A stretch of DNA of 45,161 nucleotides from contig JAHWKN010000003.1 in the NCBI GenBank assembly GCA_019347875.1, positions 1 to 45,161 of the forward strand, written 5' to 3'. Every line of letters starts with the position of its first letter. Positions within the stretch are counted from its first letter, which is position 1. This stretch comes from Candidatus Parcubacteria bacterium. Its GTDB lineage: Bacteria > Patescibacteriota > Saccharimonadia > UBA4664 > JAHWKN01. A program made the translations under genes and the position numbers. The notes below the pieces were generated by a model, which saw only the letters and a list, made by a program, of their open reading frames with translations, did no database searches and was not told the DNA's origin. Below are positions 37,438 through 45,161 of the stretch, piece by piece.

Positions 37438-38286
37438 ATGCAAATCTCTAGGCTTTCTCACAACCGGCCGGGCTACCCGGAACAGCTGCGCGAAATCAGC
37501 TCGCCGCCGCAAGGGCTGTTCGTGTTGGGGAATCTGCCAAAAGGGCCCTGCATCGCCATCGTCGGCACCCGCCGGCCAACCGAGTACGGCCGCCAGATGG
37601 CCTACCGGCTGGCCGGCGAGCTGGCCTCGGCCGGCGTGGTGATCGTCAGCGGGCTGGCCGTCGGCATAGACGCGGTGGCCCACCAGGCGGCGGTAGAGGC
37701 CGGAGGAGTAACGGTGGCGGTGCTGGCCTGCGGCCTAAACCAAATATACCCGGCCACCAACCGCTCGCTGGCGGTCAAAATTCTGCAGCGCGGCGCCATC
37801 ATCAGCGAGTATCCGGAAGGCACGCCGCCCCTGCGGCACCACTTTGTCGCCCGCAACCGTCTCATCTCGGGCCTCAGCTGCGCCGTCGTCATCCCGGAGG
37901 CCGACGCCTCCAGCGGCTCGCTGATTACCGCCAACTTCGCGCTGGAGCAAAACCGCAGCGTCATGGCGGTACCCGGCAACGTCACCAGCTTGCGCAGCGC
38001 CGGGCCAAACAACCTGATCAAGTCGGGCGCCACTCCCGTCACCGACACCAGCGACATTTTGGCCGCCCTGGATCTGGAAGCGCCGCAACTGGCCAAATCG
38101 GCCGTTACCGCCAAAAGCCGCGAGGAAGCGCAGATTCTGGAGCTGCTGTCGCGCGGGGTCAACACCAGCCAGGAGCTGATCACGCAAAGCCAAATGAGCG
38201 CCGGCCAGTTCGCCAACGTCATCACCCTGATGGAGATCACCGGCAAGGTTAGAAACCTGGGGGCCGGCAGCTGGATCGCCCGCTAA
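37438..38286 (+). CDS. dprA: DNA-processing protein DprA
   Basis: YPEQLREI, AIVGTR, IVSGLAVGID..AH, F.ARNRLISGL, SGSLITA and VPG motifs. Confidence 0.96.
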   Translation: MQISRLSHNRPGYPEQLREISSPPQGLFVLGNLPKGPCIAIVGTRRPTEYGRQMAYRLAGELASAGVVIVSGLAVGIDAVAHQAAVEAGGVTVAVLACGLNQIYPATNRSLAVKILQRGAIISEYPEGTPPLRHHFVARNRLISGLSCAVVIPEADASSGSLITANFALEQNRSVMAVPGNVTSLRSAGPNNLIKSGATPVTDTSDILAALDLEAPQLAKSAVTAKSREEAQILELLSRGVNTSQELITQSQMSAGQFANVITLMEITGKVRNLGAGSWIAR

Positions 38287-38336
38287 CCAGAGAGTACTTT
38301 AGCCTCGGTCATGCTTACGTTTGCTATACTAGACCC

Positions 38337-38870
38337 ATGAATAAAGCCAACAACTACGCCTTTATCGACAGCCAAAACCTTAACCTGTCCATTCGTGAGC
38401 TGGGCTGGCACGTCGATTGGCGCAAGTTCCGCACCTATCTGAAAGAAAAGTACGGCGTCAGCAAGGCCTACCTGTTTGTGGGCTTCGTAGAAGAAAACCA
38501 GGCCATGTACGACTCGCTGGCCCAAGCCGGTTTTGAGCTGGTGTTCAAGCCGATTATGACCAACAAAGACGGCCAGGTGAAGGGCAACATCGACGCCGAG
38601 CTGGTGCTACAGGCCATGATCGACTACGACACCTACGACCAGGCCGTGATCGTGACCGGCGACGGCGACTTCTACTGCCTGGTAAAGTATCTGCTGGAGC
38701 AAAACAAGCTGCTGAAGCTGATCATCCCGAACCGCTACAAGTACTCGTCTCTTTTAAAGGAGAAGACCGTCATTTCGGCCTCTCACATGATCTTTATGAA
38801 CGACCTGCGCAAACGGCTGCAGTACAAAAGAACCGCCCCGCGCGAAAGCGAGAAGCGGTCGGAGGAATAA
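38337..38870 (+). CDS. NYN (LabA/DUF88, PIN-like) domain nuclease
   Basis: AFIDSQNL, KGNIDAEL and IVTGDGDF catalytic acidic motifs; TGcTATACT 6 nt before the ATG. Confidence 0.92.
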   Translation: MNKANNYAFIDSQNLNLSIRELGWHVDWRKFRTYLKEKYGVSKAYLFVGFVEENQAMYDSLAQAGFELVFKPIMTNKDGQVKGNIDAELVLQAMIDYDTYDQAVIVTGDGDFYCLVKYLLEQNKLLKLIIPNRYKYSSLLKEKTVISASHMIFMNDLRKRLQYKRTAPRESEKRSEE

Positions 38871-38930
38871 GACCCGGGGGGTCTACTTAATGACCAGCCA
38901 TTAAGCGTGCCCTGCCCGTGGTGATCCTGC
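38826..38930 (-). ncRNA. Candidate ~105-nt antisense RNA overlapping the NYN gene 3' end
   Basis: Own promoter at 38936-38964; hairpins CTTAATG/CATTAAG and AGACCC/GGGTCT; terminator GACCGCTTC/GGGGCGGTT-CTTTT whose G-U pairs form only on the minus strand. Confidence 0.65.
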
Positions 38931-38935
38931 TTAAA

Positions 38936-38964
38936 ATTTTAGCAACCTACCGGGTTGGCGTCAA
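38936..38964 (-). promoter_or_regulatory. Sigma70 promoter antisense to the NYN gene
   Basis: TTGACG-17 bp-TAAAAT with extended TG. Confidence 0.75.
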
Positions 38965-38988
38965 CCAGGCGGTTGCTATAATTTAGGC

Positions 38989-39522
38989 ATGACTAAACGA
39001 AAATCGGCCTTGCTGGTGATCGACGTTCAAAACTACTTTGTTAATGATAAGAACTCGGTAGTACCGCACAGGATCGCCGACCACATTAAGGCCGGTAACT
39101 ACGACCACGTTTTGTTCAGCCAATTCGTCAACCGGCCCGGCTCTAACTTTGAGCGCATATTAGACTGGCACAAATGCACCGGTCCGCCGGACACCGACAT
39201 CCACGCCGCCCTGGTTGAGTTTACCAGCGAGCAGACGGTGTTTGCCAAGTCAACCAAGTCGGCCTTTAAGTCGGCTGGGCTGGTTGATTTTCTTAAAGAA
39301 CACTCTATTAATCGGATCGATCTGTGCGGCCTGGACATCGACGACTGCGTGCTGGCCTCGGCGTTTGAGGCGTTTGATCTTGGCTACGACTTTAAGGTGC
39401 TGGAGGAGCTGTGCGCGATCAGCCACGAGACCGGCGAGGTCCACGCCGCCGCGCTGCAGATCATCCGCAAAAACTTAAGTAGCGCGGATAGCGTGAGGCC
39501 GGGGGCTGACAGGCCGAACTGA
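38989..39522 (+). CDS. Isochorismatase-like cysteine hydrolase
   Basis: ALLVIDVQNYF, K...SAF and CGLDIDDCV motifs (D-K-C triad). Confidence 0.9.
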   Translation: MTKRKSALLVIDVQNYFVNDKNSVVPHRIADHIKAGNYDHVLFSQFVNRPGSNFERILDWHKCTGPPDTDIHAALVEFTSEQTVFAKSTKSAFKSAGLVDFLKEHSINRIDLCGLDIDDCVLASAFEAFDLGYDFKVLEELCAISHETGEVHAAALQIIRKNLSSADSVRPGADRPN

Positions 39523-39841
39523 CTATAGCATCATCACCATCACAGCGGCTTATTGAAGGGTAGGGGCGCGGTCAAGACAGCCCATCGCCGCCGGAGTGGT
39601 TAAACGCCGGTCAGAACACAATGCGCTATGATTGTCATTTTACTAACTATCGATTACCAGCCTCTGCTGCAACTTTTAGTCTGAACGAAAAGCCCACTTC
39701 ACGCATAGACACTAATATTTTGTTTAGTCTGCTTTATCGCACCACCAAGCGAATGACATACGCCCCACGACGACAGACGGAACTGTGAGCTAGCAAAAAT
39801 CGTATTGCATTCGCACCGCCATGCTTTAGCATAAGAGCGGT

Positions 39842-42160
39842 ATGAGTAAGAACGTCGTCATTGTGGAGTCGCCGGCTAAGGCCAAAACCATCGAGAAGTT
39901 TTTAGGTAAGGACTTCAAGGTGGTGGCCAGCTTCGGGCATGTACGTGACCTGCCGAAAAAGGGGGTGTCGGTTGATATCGAGCACGGCTTTACCCCCACT
40001 TACGAGATTTCGCCCGATAAGAAAAAGCACGTGGCCGAGCTGAAAAGGCTGGCCAAGACCGCCGATACCGTCTGGCTGGCCAGCGATGAAGACCGCGAGG
40101 GGGAGGCCATCGCCTGGCACCTGGTCGAGGCGCTCAAGTTAAAAGACGCCAACACCAAGCGCATCGTGTTTCACGAAATCACCAAGCCGGCCATCGAGCG
40201 GGCGGTGAAGAACCCGCGGGGGGTCGACAAGAACCTGGTCGACGCCCAGCAGGCCCGGCGGGTACTCGACCGCTTAGTCGGCTACGGGCTGTCGCCGGTA
40301 CTGTGGAAGAAGGTCCGCACCGGGCTGTCGGCCGGCCGGGTCCAGTCGGTCGCGGTGCGGCTGATCGTAGAGCGCGAGCGCGAGATCGAAAACTTTTCCG
40401 CCACCGCCAAGTTTAAGCTGACCGCCGAGTTTACGCTGGCAGGCGGGAAGGTTCTAAAAGCCGAACTGCCAAAGAAGTTTGACAGCGAGCCGGAGGCCCG
40501 ACGGTTCTTAGAGAGCCTGAAGGGGGCCGCGTACCAGGTAGCCGATCTGGTGACCAAGCCGGCCAAAAAGTCACCGCCACCGCCCTTTACCACCTCAACG
40601 CTGCAGCAGGAGGCCAGCCGCAAACTGGGCTTTTCGGTCAAACAAACCATGGTGGTGGCCCAAAAGCTGTACGAAGCCGGGCACATCAGCTACATGCGGA
40701 CCGACTCGGTCAACCTGTCGGACACCGCAGTGGCGGCCGCCGCCAAACAAATCACCCGGTTCTACGGAGCGGAGTTTGCCCAAACCCGCCGCTACGCCAC
40801 CAAGTCGGCCGGCGCCCAAGAGGCCCACGAGGCGATCCGCCCGACCGATTTCAGCCGGATGACGGCCGGCGCCGACTCCGGGCAGCAACGGCTGTACCAG
40901 CTGATCTGGCAGCGCACCATCGCCTCGCAAATGGCCGATGCCCGGCTGGAGAAAACCGAGGCGGCGATAGCCATCTCCACCCGTCCGGAAACGCTGGTGG
41001 CCAGCGGTGAGGTGGTGCGGTTTGAAGGCTTTTTAAAGGTTTATACGGAGTCGAGCGACCGCGACGACAGAGACAGCGACAGCTCCAAGATCCTGCCGCC
41101 GCTGGCGGCAGGGCAAAAGCTGGATCCAATTGCACTGCGAGCGACGCAAGTTTACGACCGGCCCAAGCCGCGCTACACCGAGGCTAGTCTGGTGAAAAAG
41201 CTGGAAGAGATGGGCATCGGCCGGCCCTCAACCTACGCCCCGACCATCTCAACCATTCAGGACCGCGGATACGTCGAGAAGGGGGACCTGGAGGGGCACG
41301 AGCGGCCCGTTAGCCTACTAACGCTTAAGGACGACCAGCTAACCAGCGAGCAGACCACCGAGATAACCGGCGCCGAACGGGCCAAACTGTTCCCGACCGC
41401 CATCGGCGGGGTTGTAACCGACTTTTTAGTCAAACACTTTCCCGACATCGTCGACTACCAATTTACCGCCAAGGTGGAAGCCGAGTTCGACGAGATCGCC
41501 CGCGGGCAACAGCCCTGGAACTCTATGATCTCCGACTTTTACGGCCCTTTCCGGCAAACCGTCGCGGCGTCTGAAAACGTTTCCCGGCAGGAGGCCTCCC
41601 AGGCCCGCGAGCTGGGCAGCGACCCCGCCACCGGCAAACCGGTGATCGCCCGGATGGGCCGCTACGGTCCGATGCTGCAGATCGGCCAGGCGGAGGACGA
41701 AGAGAAGCCCCGTTTTGCCCCGCTGCCGGCCGGCCGCAAAATCACTGACGTCACCCTGGCAGAGGCGCTGGAGCTGTTTAAGCTGCCGCGCTCACTCGGT
41801 ACGACGCCCGAAGGTGAGGAGATTACCGCCAACTTCGGCCGCTTCGGGCCCTACATTAAGTTTGGCGGTCTGTACGCCTCGATCACGCCGGACGATCCGT
41901 TTTCGATCACCCGCGAGCGGGCACTGGAGCTGGTGGCCGCCAAAAAAACCGCCGACGCCCAAAAGTACATCCGCACCTTTGACGGCTCACCGGTCAAGGT
42001 GGTCAACGGCCGCTTCGGTCCCTTCATCACCAACGGCACCAAAAACGCTAAAATTCCGGCCGGCCAGGATCCCGCCCGGCTGACCCAATCCGAGTGCGAA
42101 GCGCTGCTGGCCGCCGCCCCGACAAAGAAAAAGCGTAAACGGATAGTTAAAAAAGCCTAA
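39842..42160 (+). CDS. topA: DNA topoisomerase I
   Basis: IVESPAKAKTI, ASDEDREGEAI, SAGRVQS, ISYMRTDS (catalytic Tyr) and GIGRPSTY motifs; C-terminal GR(Y/F)GP repeats instead of Zn ribbons. Confidence 0.98.
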   Translation: MSKNVVIVESPAKAKTIEKFLGKDFKVVASFGHVRDLPKKGVSVDIEHGFTPTYEISPDKKKHVAELKRLAKTADTVWLASDEDREGEAIAWHLVEALKLKDANTKRIVFHEITKPAIERAVKNPRGVDKNLVDAQQARRVLDRLVGYGLSPVLWKKVRTGLSAGRVQSVAVRLIVEREREIENFSATAKFKLTAEFTLAGGKVLKAELPKKFDSEPEARRFLESLKGAAYQVADLVTKPAKKSPPPPFTTSTLQQEASRKLGFSVKQTMVVAQKLYEAGHISYMRTDSVNLSDTAVAAAAKQITRFYGAEFAQTRRYATKSAGAQEAHEAIRPTDFSRMTAGADSGQQRLYQLIWQRTIASQMADARLEKTEAAIAISTRPETLVASGEVVRFEGFLKVYTESSDRDDRDSDSSKILPPLAAGQKLDPIALRATQVYDRPKPRYTEASLVKKLEEMGIGRPSTYAPTISTIQDRGYVEKGDLEGHERPVSLLTLKDDQLTSEQTTEITGAERAKLFPTAIGGVVTDFLVKHFPDIVDYQFTAKVEAEFDEIARGQQPWNSMISDFYGPFRQTVAASENVSRQEASQARELGSDPATGKPVIARMGRYGPMLQIGQAEDEEKPRFAPLPAGRKITDVTLAEALELFKLPRSLGTTPEGEEITANFGRFGPYIKFGGLYASITPDDPFSITRERALELVAAKKTADAQKYIRTFDGSPVKVVNGRFGPFITNGTKNAKIPAGQDPARLTQSECEALLAAAPTKKKRKRIVKKA

Positions 42161-42198
42161 TTTTGGCCACCGCCGGGACGGCGCCGGTCGCGACACGT

Positions 42199-42246
42199 TT
42201 GTAATATTAACCAATGCGTGATATAATAGTTAGTAATATTGACTAA
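42199..42246 (+). promoter_or_regulatory. Strong promoter with overlapping direct repeats upstream of the PBP gene
   Basis: TTGTAA-17-TATAAT with extended TG; GTAATATTRACYAA at 42201-42214 and 42233-42246. Confidence 0.65.
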
Positions 42247-42323
42247 AGTTGACGGCGGGGGAGGGCGGTTTTTGTCCGCTTTCGTCCTCAACACGTCCAG
42301 CCAAGCCAACCTATAATAAAGCT

Positions 42324-44696
42324 ATGCCTAAACCAGACAAGACCGACAAGCGAGAGTTTTACGAAGCCATCCCCGCGCCGGCGCGGTTAAACGACAACGA
42401 CGTCGGGCTGGACGATATCGGCCACGCCCTTGAAACGGCGGCGGCAAGGCTGCGCGCCGAGTGGCTCCGCATCAAGCCGCTGGCCCAAGCCGCCGTTTAT
42501 GACGGCGGCCAGTACGCCCTGGCGTTCGGGCGGGTCATGACCAGCCAAAGCGCCCGCCGTACCTACACCGCCGGGCTGACCCTGAGTTTGATCGCCGGGG
42601 CGGCGGTGGCGCTGCTGGTGGCTTCCAGTACCTACGCCATTTATGCCGGCGACCTGGCCAGCCCCGCGGCGCTGATGAACAAGAAGAACACCGGTACCAC
42701 CATTTTGGACCGCCACGGAGAGGTGCTGTACCGGGTGTACGGCGCCAGCAACCGCCAGCCGGTGAAGATGTCCGAGGTACCCGAAAACCTCATCCAAGCC
42801 ACCCTGGCCGCCGAAGACCCCAACTTTTACCAGCACGACGGGCTGTCGTGGCGGGGCACCTTGCGGGCGCTCTACCACGACGTCAAGACCGGCCGCAAGG
42901 CCCAGGGCGGCTCAACCATCACCCAGCAGTTGGTTAAAAACGCCCTGCTTGATCCAACCGACCGCTCCTTTGAGCGTAAGGCCCGCGAGGCCGTCTTGGC
43001 GGTTGAGCTGGAACGCCGCTACGACAAAGACCAGATCATGGAGATGTACCTAAACGGCATTTACTACGGCCAGGGGGCGCACGGGATCGGCTCGGCCGCC
43101 AAGACTTACTTTAACAAGCCGGTCAAGGACTTGAGTCTGGGCCAAAGCGCCCTGCTGGCGGGGTTGGTGCTGGCGCCCAGCCAGTGGGATCCGACCATCA
43201 ACCCCGAGGCTGCCCAGGGCCGGCGCAACTTTATATTGGAACGCATGCAGGAGCTGGAGTACATCACAGCGGCCGAGGCGGCGGCCGCCAAAGCCGAGCC
43301 GATCGAAGCCTCGGCCCGGCAAATCGAGATCAAGGCGCCCCACTTTGTGTTTTATGTCCTTAACCAGCTGCGGGCGACTTACGGCAGCGAGCTGGTTGAG
43401 CGCGGCGGCATCACCGTCCGCACCACGCTTGATCTGGGTAAGCAGCGAATCGGCGAAGACACCGTTAAGGCCCAACTCGCCAGCCTGCGCGGCCGCAACG
43501 CCACCAACGGAGCCTTGGTGTCGGTCGACCCGGCCACCGGTGACATATTAAGCATGGTCGGCAGCGTCGACTACTTTGCACCAGGCTACGGCAAGGTCAA
43601 CCTGGCGACGGCTTTGCGGCAGCCGGGATCGGCCATGAAGCCGATGGTTTACCTGTCGGCGTTCGAAAAGGGGTGGAACGGGGCCACCGTGGTGGAGGAT
43701 AAGCCCATCGCCATCCCGGATGGTGCCGGCAACGTTTACCGGCCGCAAAACTACGACCTCAAGTTCCACGGCCGCCAAACCCTGCGCAGCGCCTTAGCCA
43801 ACTCTTACAACATCCCGGCGGTCGAGGTGCTGCGCTTCGTCGGCGTACCGCCGGCCCTGGAGATGTCCCACCGGCTGGGCATTACCACGCTTAACGACCC
43901 CAGCCGCTACGGACTCAGCCTGGTGTTGGGCGGGGGAGAGGTGCGCATGATTGATATGGCGGCCGCTTACGGCACCCTGGCCAATCAAGGCACCCGGGTA
44001 ACTCCCGTGGCGATCAAGCAGGTCCAAAACCGCCTGGGCAAAGACATCACCAAGCCGGCCCAGCCCAAACCTAAAAAACCGGCTGTAGATCCCCGCCTGG
44101 TCTACATGCTCACCAGTATCTTAAGCGACAACGAGGCCCGCCGGCCGATGTTCGGCACCAACTCGCCGCTGAAGCTGTCACGGCCGGCGGCGGTCAAGAC
44201 CGGTACCACCAACGACTACAAAGACAACTGGACCGCCGGGTACACGCCGGATGTCGCCACGGTGGTGTGGGTCGGCAACAACGATGGCTCCCCAATGGTG
44301 AACGTCGACGGCGTGACCGGGGCGGCCCCGATCTGGAATCAGTACATGGAAGCGGTGCTGCGGGGAACGCCCGTAACCGACTTCGTCAAGCCGCCCGGCT
44401 TGGAGTCGGTCAGGGTATGTAAGTTTGACGGCGGCATCGCCAACCCGTGGGACGCCAGCGTGGAAGAGTTCTTCTTAGCCGAAGCCAAGCCGACCAAACG
44501 CTGCGGCACCAGCGCGCCGCGTCCCCGGGCGATACCGAGGCGGGAAGAGCCAGAAGAGGACGAGCGCAAACCCGACAAGGAAGAACGCCGCGGTCGCGAG
44601 GAGGAGAATGTAGGGGGCGGTGATTCAGAGGTACTGGTACCACCGACCGAGCCCAAACAGCCGGACCAGCCAGCCGACCCGTCGGACAGTGATTAA
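42324..44696 (+). CDS. Class A penicillin-binding protein (transglycosylase/transpeptidase)
   Basis: EDPNFYQHDG, GGSTITQQLVKN, RK..E and YLN.IYYG motifs; SAMK (SxxK), SYN and KTG. Start placed 6 nt after TATAAT at 42312. Confidence 0.95.
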   Translation: MPKPDKTDKREFYEAIPAPARLNDNDVGLDDIGHALETAAARLRAEWLRIKPLAQAAVYDGGQYALAFGRVMTSQSARRTYTAGLTLSLIAGAAVALLVASSTYAIYAGDLASPAALMNKKNTGTTILDRHGEVLYRVYGASNRQPVKMSEVPENLIQATLAAEDPNFYQHDGLSWRGTLRALYHDVKTGRKAQGGSTITQQLVKNALLDPTDRSFERKAREAVLAVELERRYDKDQIMEMYLNGIYYGQGAHGIGSAAKTYFNKPVKDLSLGQSALLAGLVLAPSQWDPTINPEAAQGRRNFILERMQELEYITAAEAAAAKAEPIEASARQIEIKAPHFVFYVLNQLRATYGSELVERGGITVRTTLDLGKQRIGEDTVKAQLASLRGRNATNGALVSVDPATGDILSMVGSVDYFAPGYGKVNLATALRQPGSAMKPMVYLSAFEKGWNGATVVEDKPIAIPDGAGNVYRPQNYDLKFHGRQTLRSALANSYNIPAVEVLRFVGVPPALEMSHRLGITTLNDPSRYGLSLVLGGGEVRMIDMAAAYGTLANQGTRVTPVAIKQVQNRLGKDITKPAQPKPKKPAVDPRLVYMLTSILSDNEARRPMFGTNSPLKLSRPAAVKTGTTNDYKDNWTAGYTPDVATVVWVGNNDGSPMVNVDGVTGAAPIWNQYMEAVLRGTPVTDFVKPPGLESVRVCKFDGGIANPWDASVEEFFLAEAKPTKRCGTSAPRPRAIPRREEPEEDERKPDKEERRGREEENVGGGDSEVLVPPTEPKQPDQPADPSDSD

Positions 44697-44757
44697 AGCG
44701 ATACGAAAATACACATACTCATCTCGTCCGCCACGCCGCGTAGCGACGCCACCCCTA

Positions 44758-44990
44758 CCGCAGCGGCCCTACCGTCTATCCTCCTAACCTCTCCCTAAAC
44801 CTCCCTCTTCTACCTTTTGTCAGCAAAAGGTAGCCAAAACTGCCGAGTAGGTCGCTAACTCCAAGCCAGCCAGCCCGTAAAAGGCCGGGCCTGCGGAACT
44901 CGTCCCTAGCGGTCCTCAAACAGTCCTCGGCCTTAATCGGCCTTTTCCGGTCTGGCTGTTTGGGGTTAGCTCCGATACTCGGGGATGTTG
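44758..44990 (-). repeat. Structured repeat half-unit H4
   Basis: Terminal hairpin CTACCTTTTG/CAAAAGGTAG; core at 44890-44930; nested stems as in H2. Confidence 0.92.
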
Positions 44991-45034
44991 GGGCAGTCCC
45001 TGGTTTTAAAATCAAAAAAGATGGTTCTGCTTTC

Positions 45035-45161
45035 TCCTGCCAACCCCGAGCATTGGAGTGAGCCCCAAACAGCCGTACCGTCAGCGGCGGATAAAGCCGA
45101 GGACTGTTTGAGCCCCGATGCAATCGGAGCGAGTTCCGCAGGCCCGCCGGTGGCGGTTCGG
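45035..45161 (+). repeat. Structured repeat half-unit H5 (inverted partner of H4, truncated by window end)
   Basis: GCCGAGGACTGTTTGAG-CCCCGATGCAATCGGAG-CGAGTTCCGCAGGCC; tip identical to the reverse complement of the H2 tip. Confidence 0.9.

Noticed and set aside
37309-37642. AAAGGAGG as RBS for the 103-aa ORF at 37331
   Set aside because: Spacing of about 14 nt is poor and the ORF overlaps dprA out of frame.
44776-45123. 115-aa minus-strand ORF
   Set aside because: It lies entirely within the H4/H5 repeat and is likely a chance reading frame.

Overview
GC-rich bacterial chromosomal segment. The gene set (PEGA/beta-propeller protein, Pro-rich DUF4367-like protein, short ATP synthase delta subunit, many leaderless genes) suggests Patescibacteria/CPR, probably Saccharibacteria-like; this is an inference. 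The backbone is housekeeping: mreB, gltX, a full F1Fo atp operon, cca, scpA-scpB-rluB, der, pth, dprA, topA, a class A PBP and other cell-wall enzymes, a two-component pair and tRNA-Glu(CTC). Accessory pieces are an AT-rich KAP NTPase islet next to the tRNA, a RelBE-type TA pair and an NYN nuclease. The most unusual signals are non-coding: (1) five half-copies of a ~250-bp structured repeat, arranged as inverted pairs, with covarying stems and modules shuffled between copies; (2) 7-bp-periodic TGAC/GTCA inverted arrays; (3) two unannotated promoter-to-terminator units that look like sRNAs, one antisense to the NYN nuclease gene and one divergent from dprA; (4) a structured leader upstream of a LysM-Rpf gene. 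A 67-aa protein resembles the crenarchaeal chromatin protein CC1. No CRISPR array, integrase or transposase was seen. Family assignments come from motif recognition only; no searches were run.
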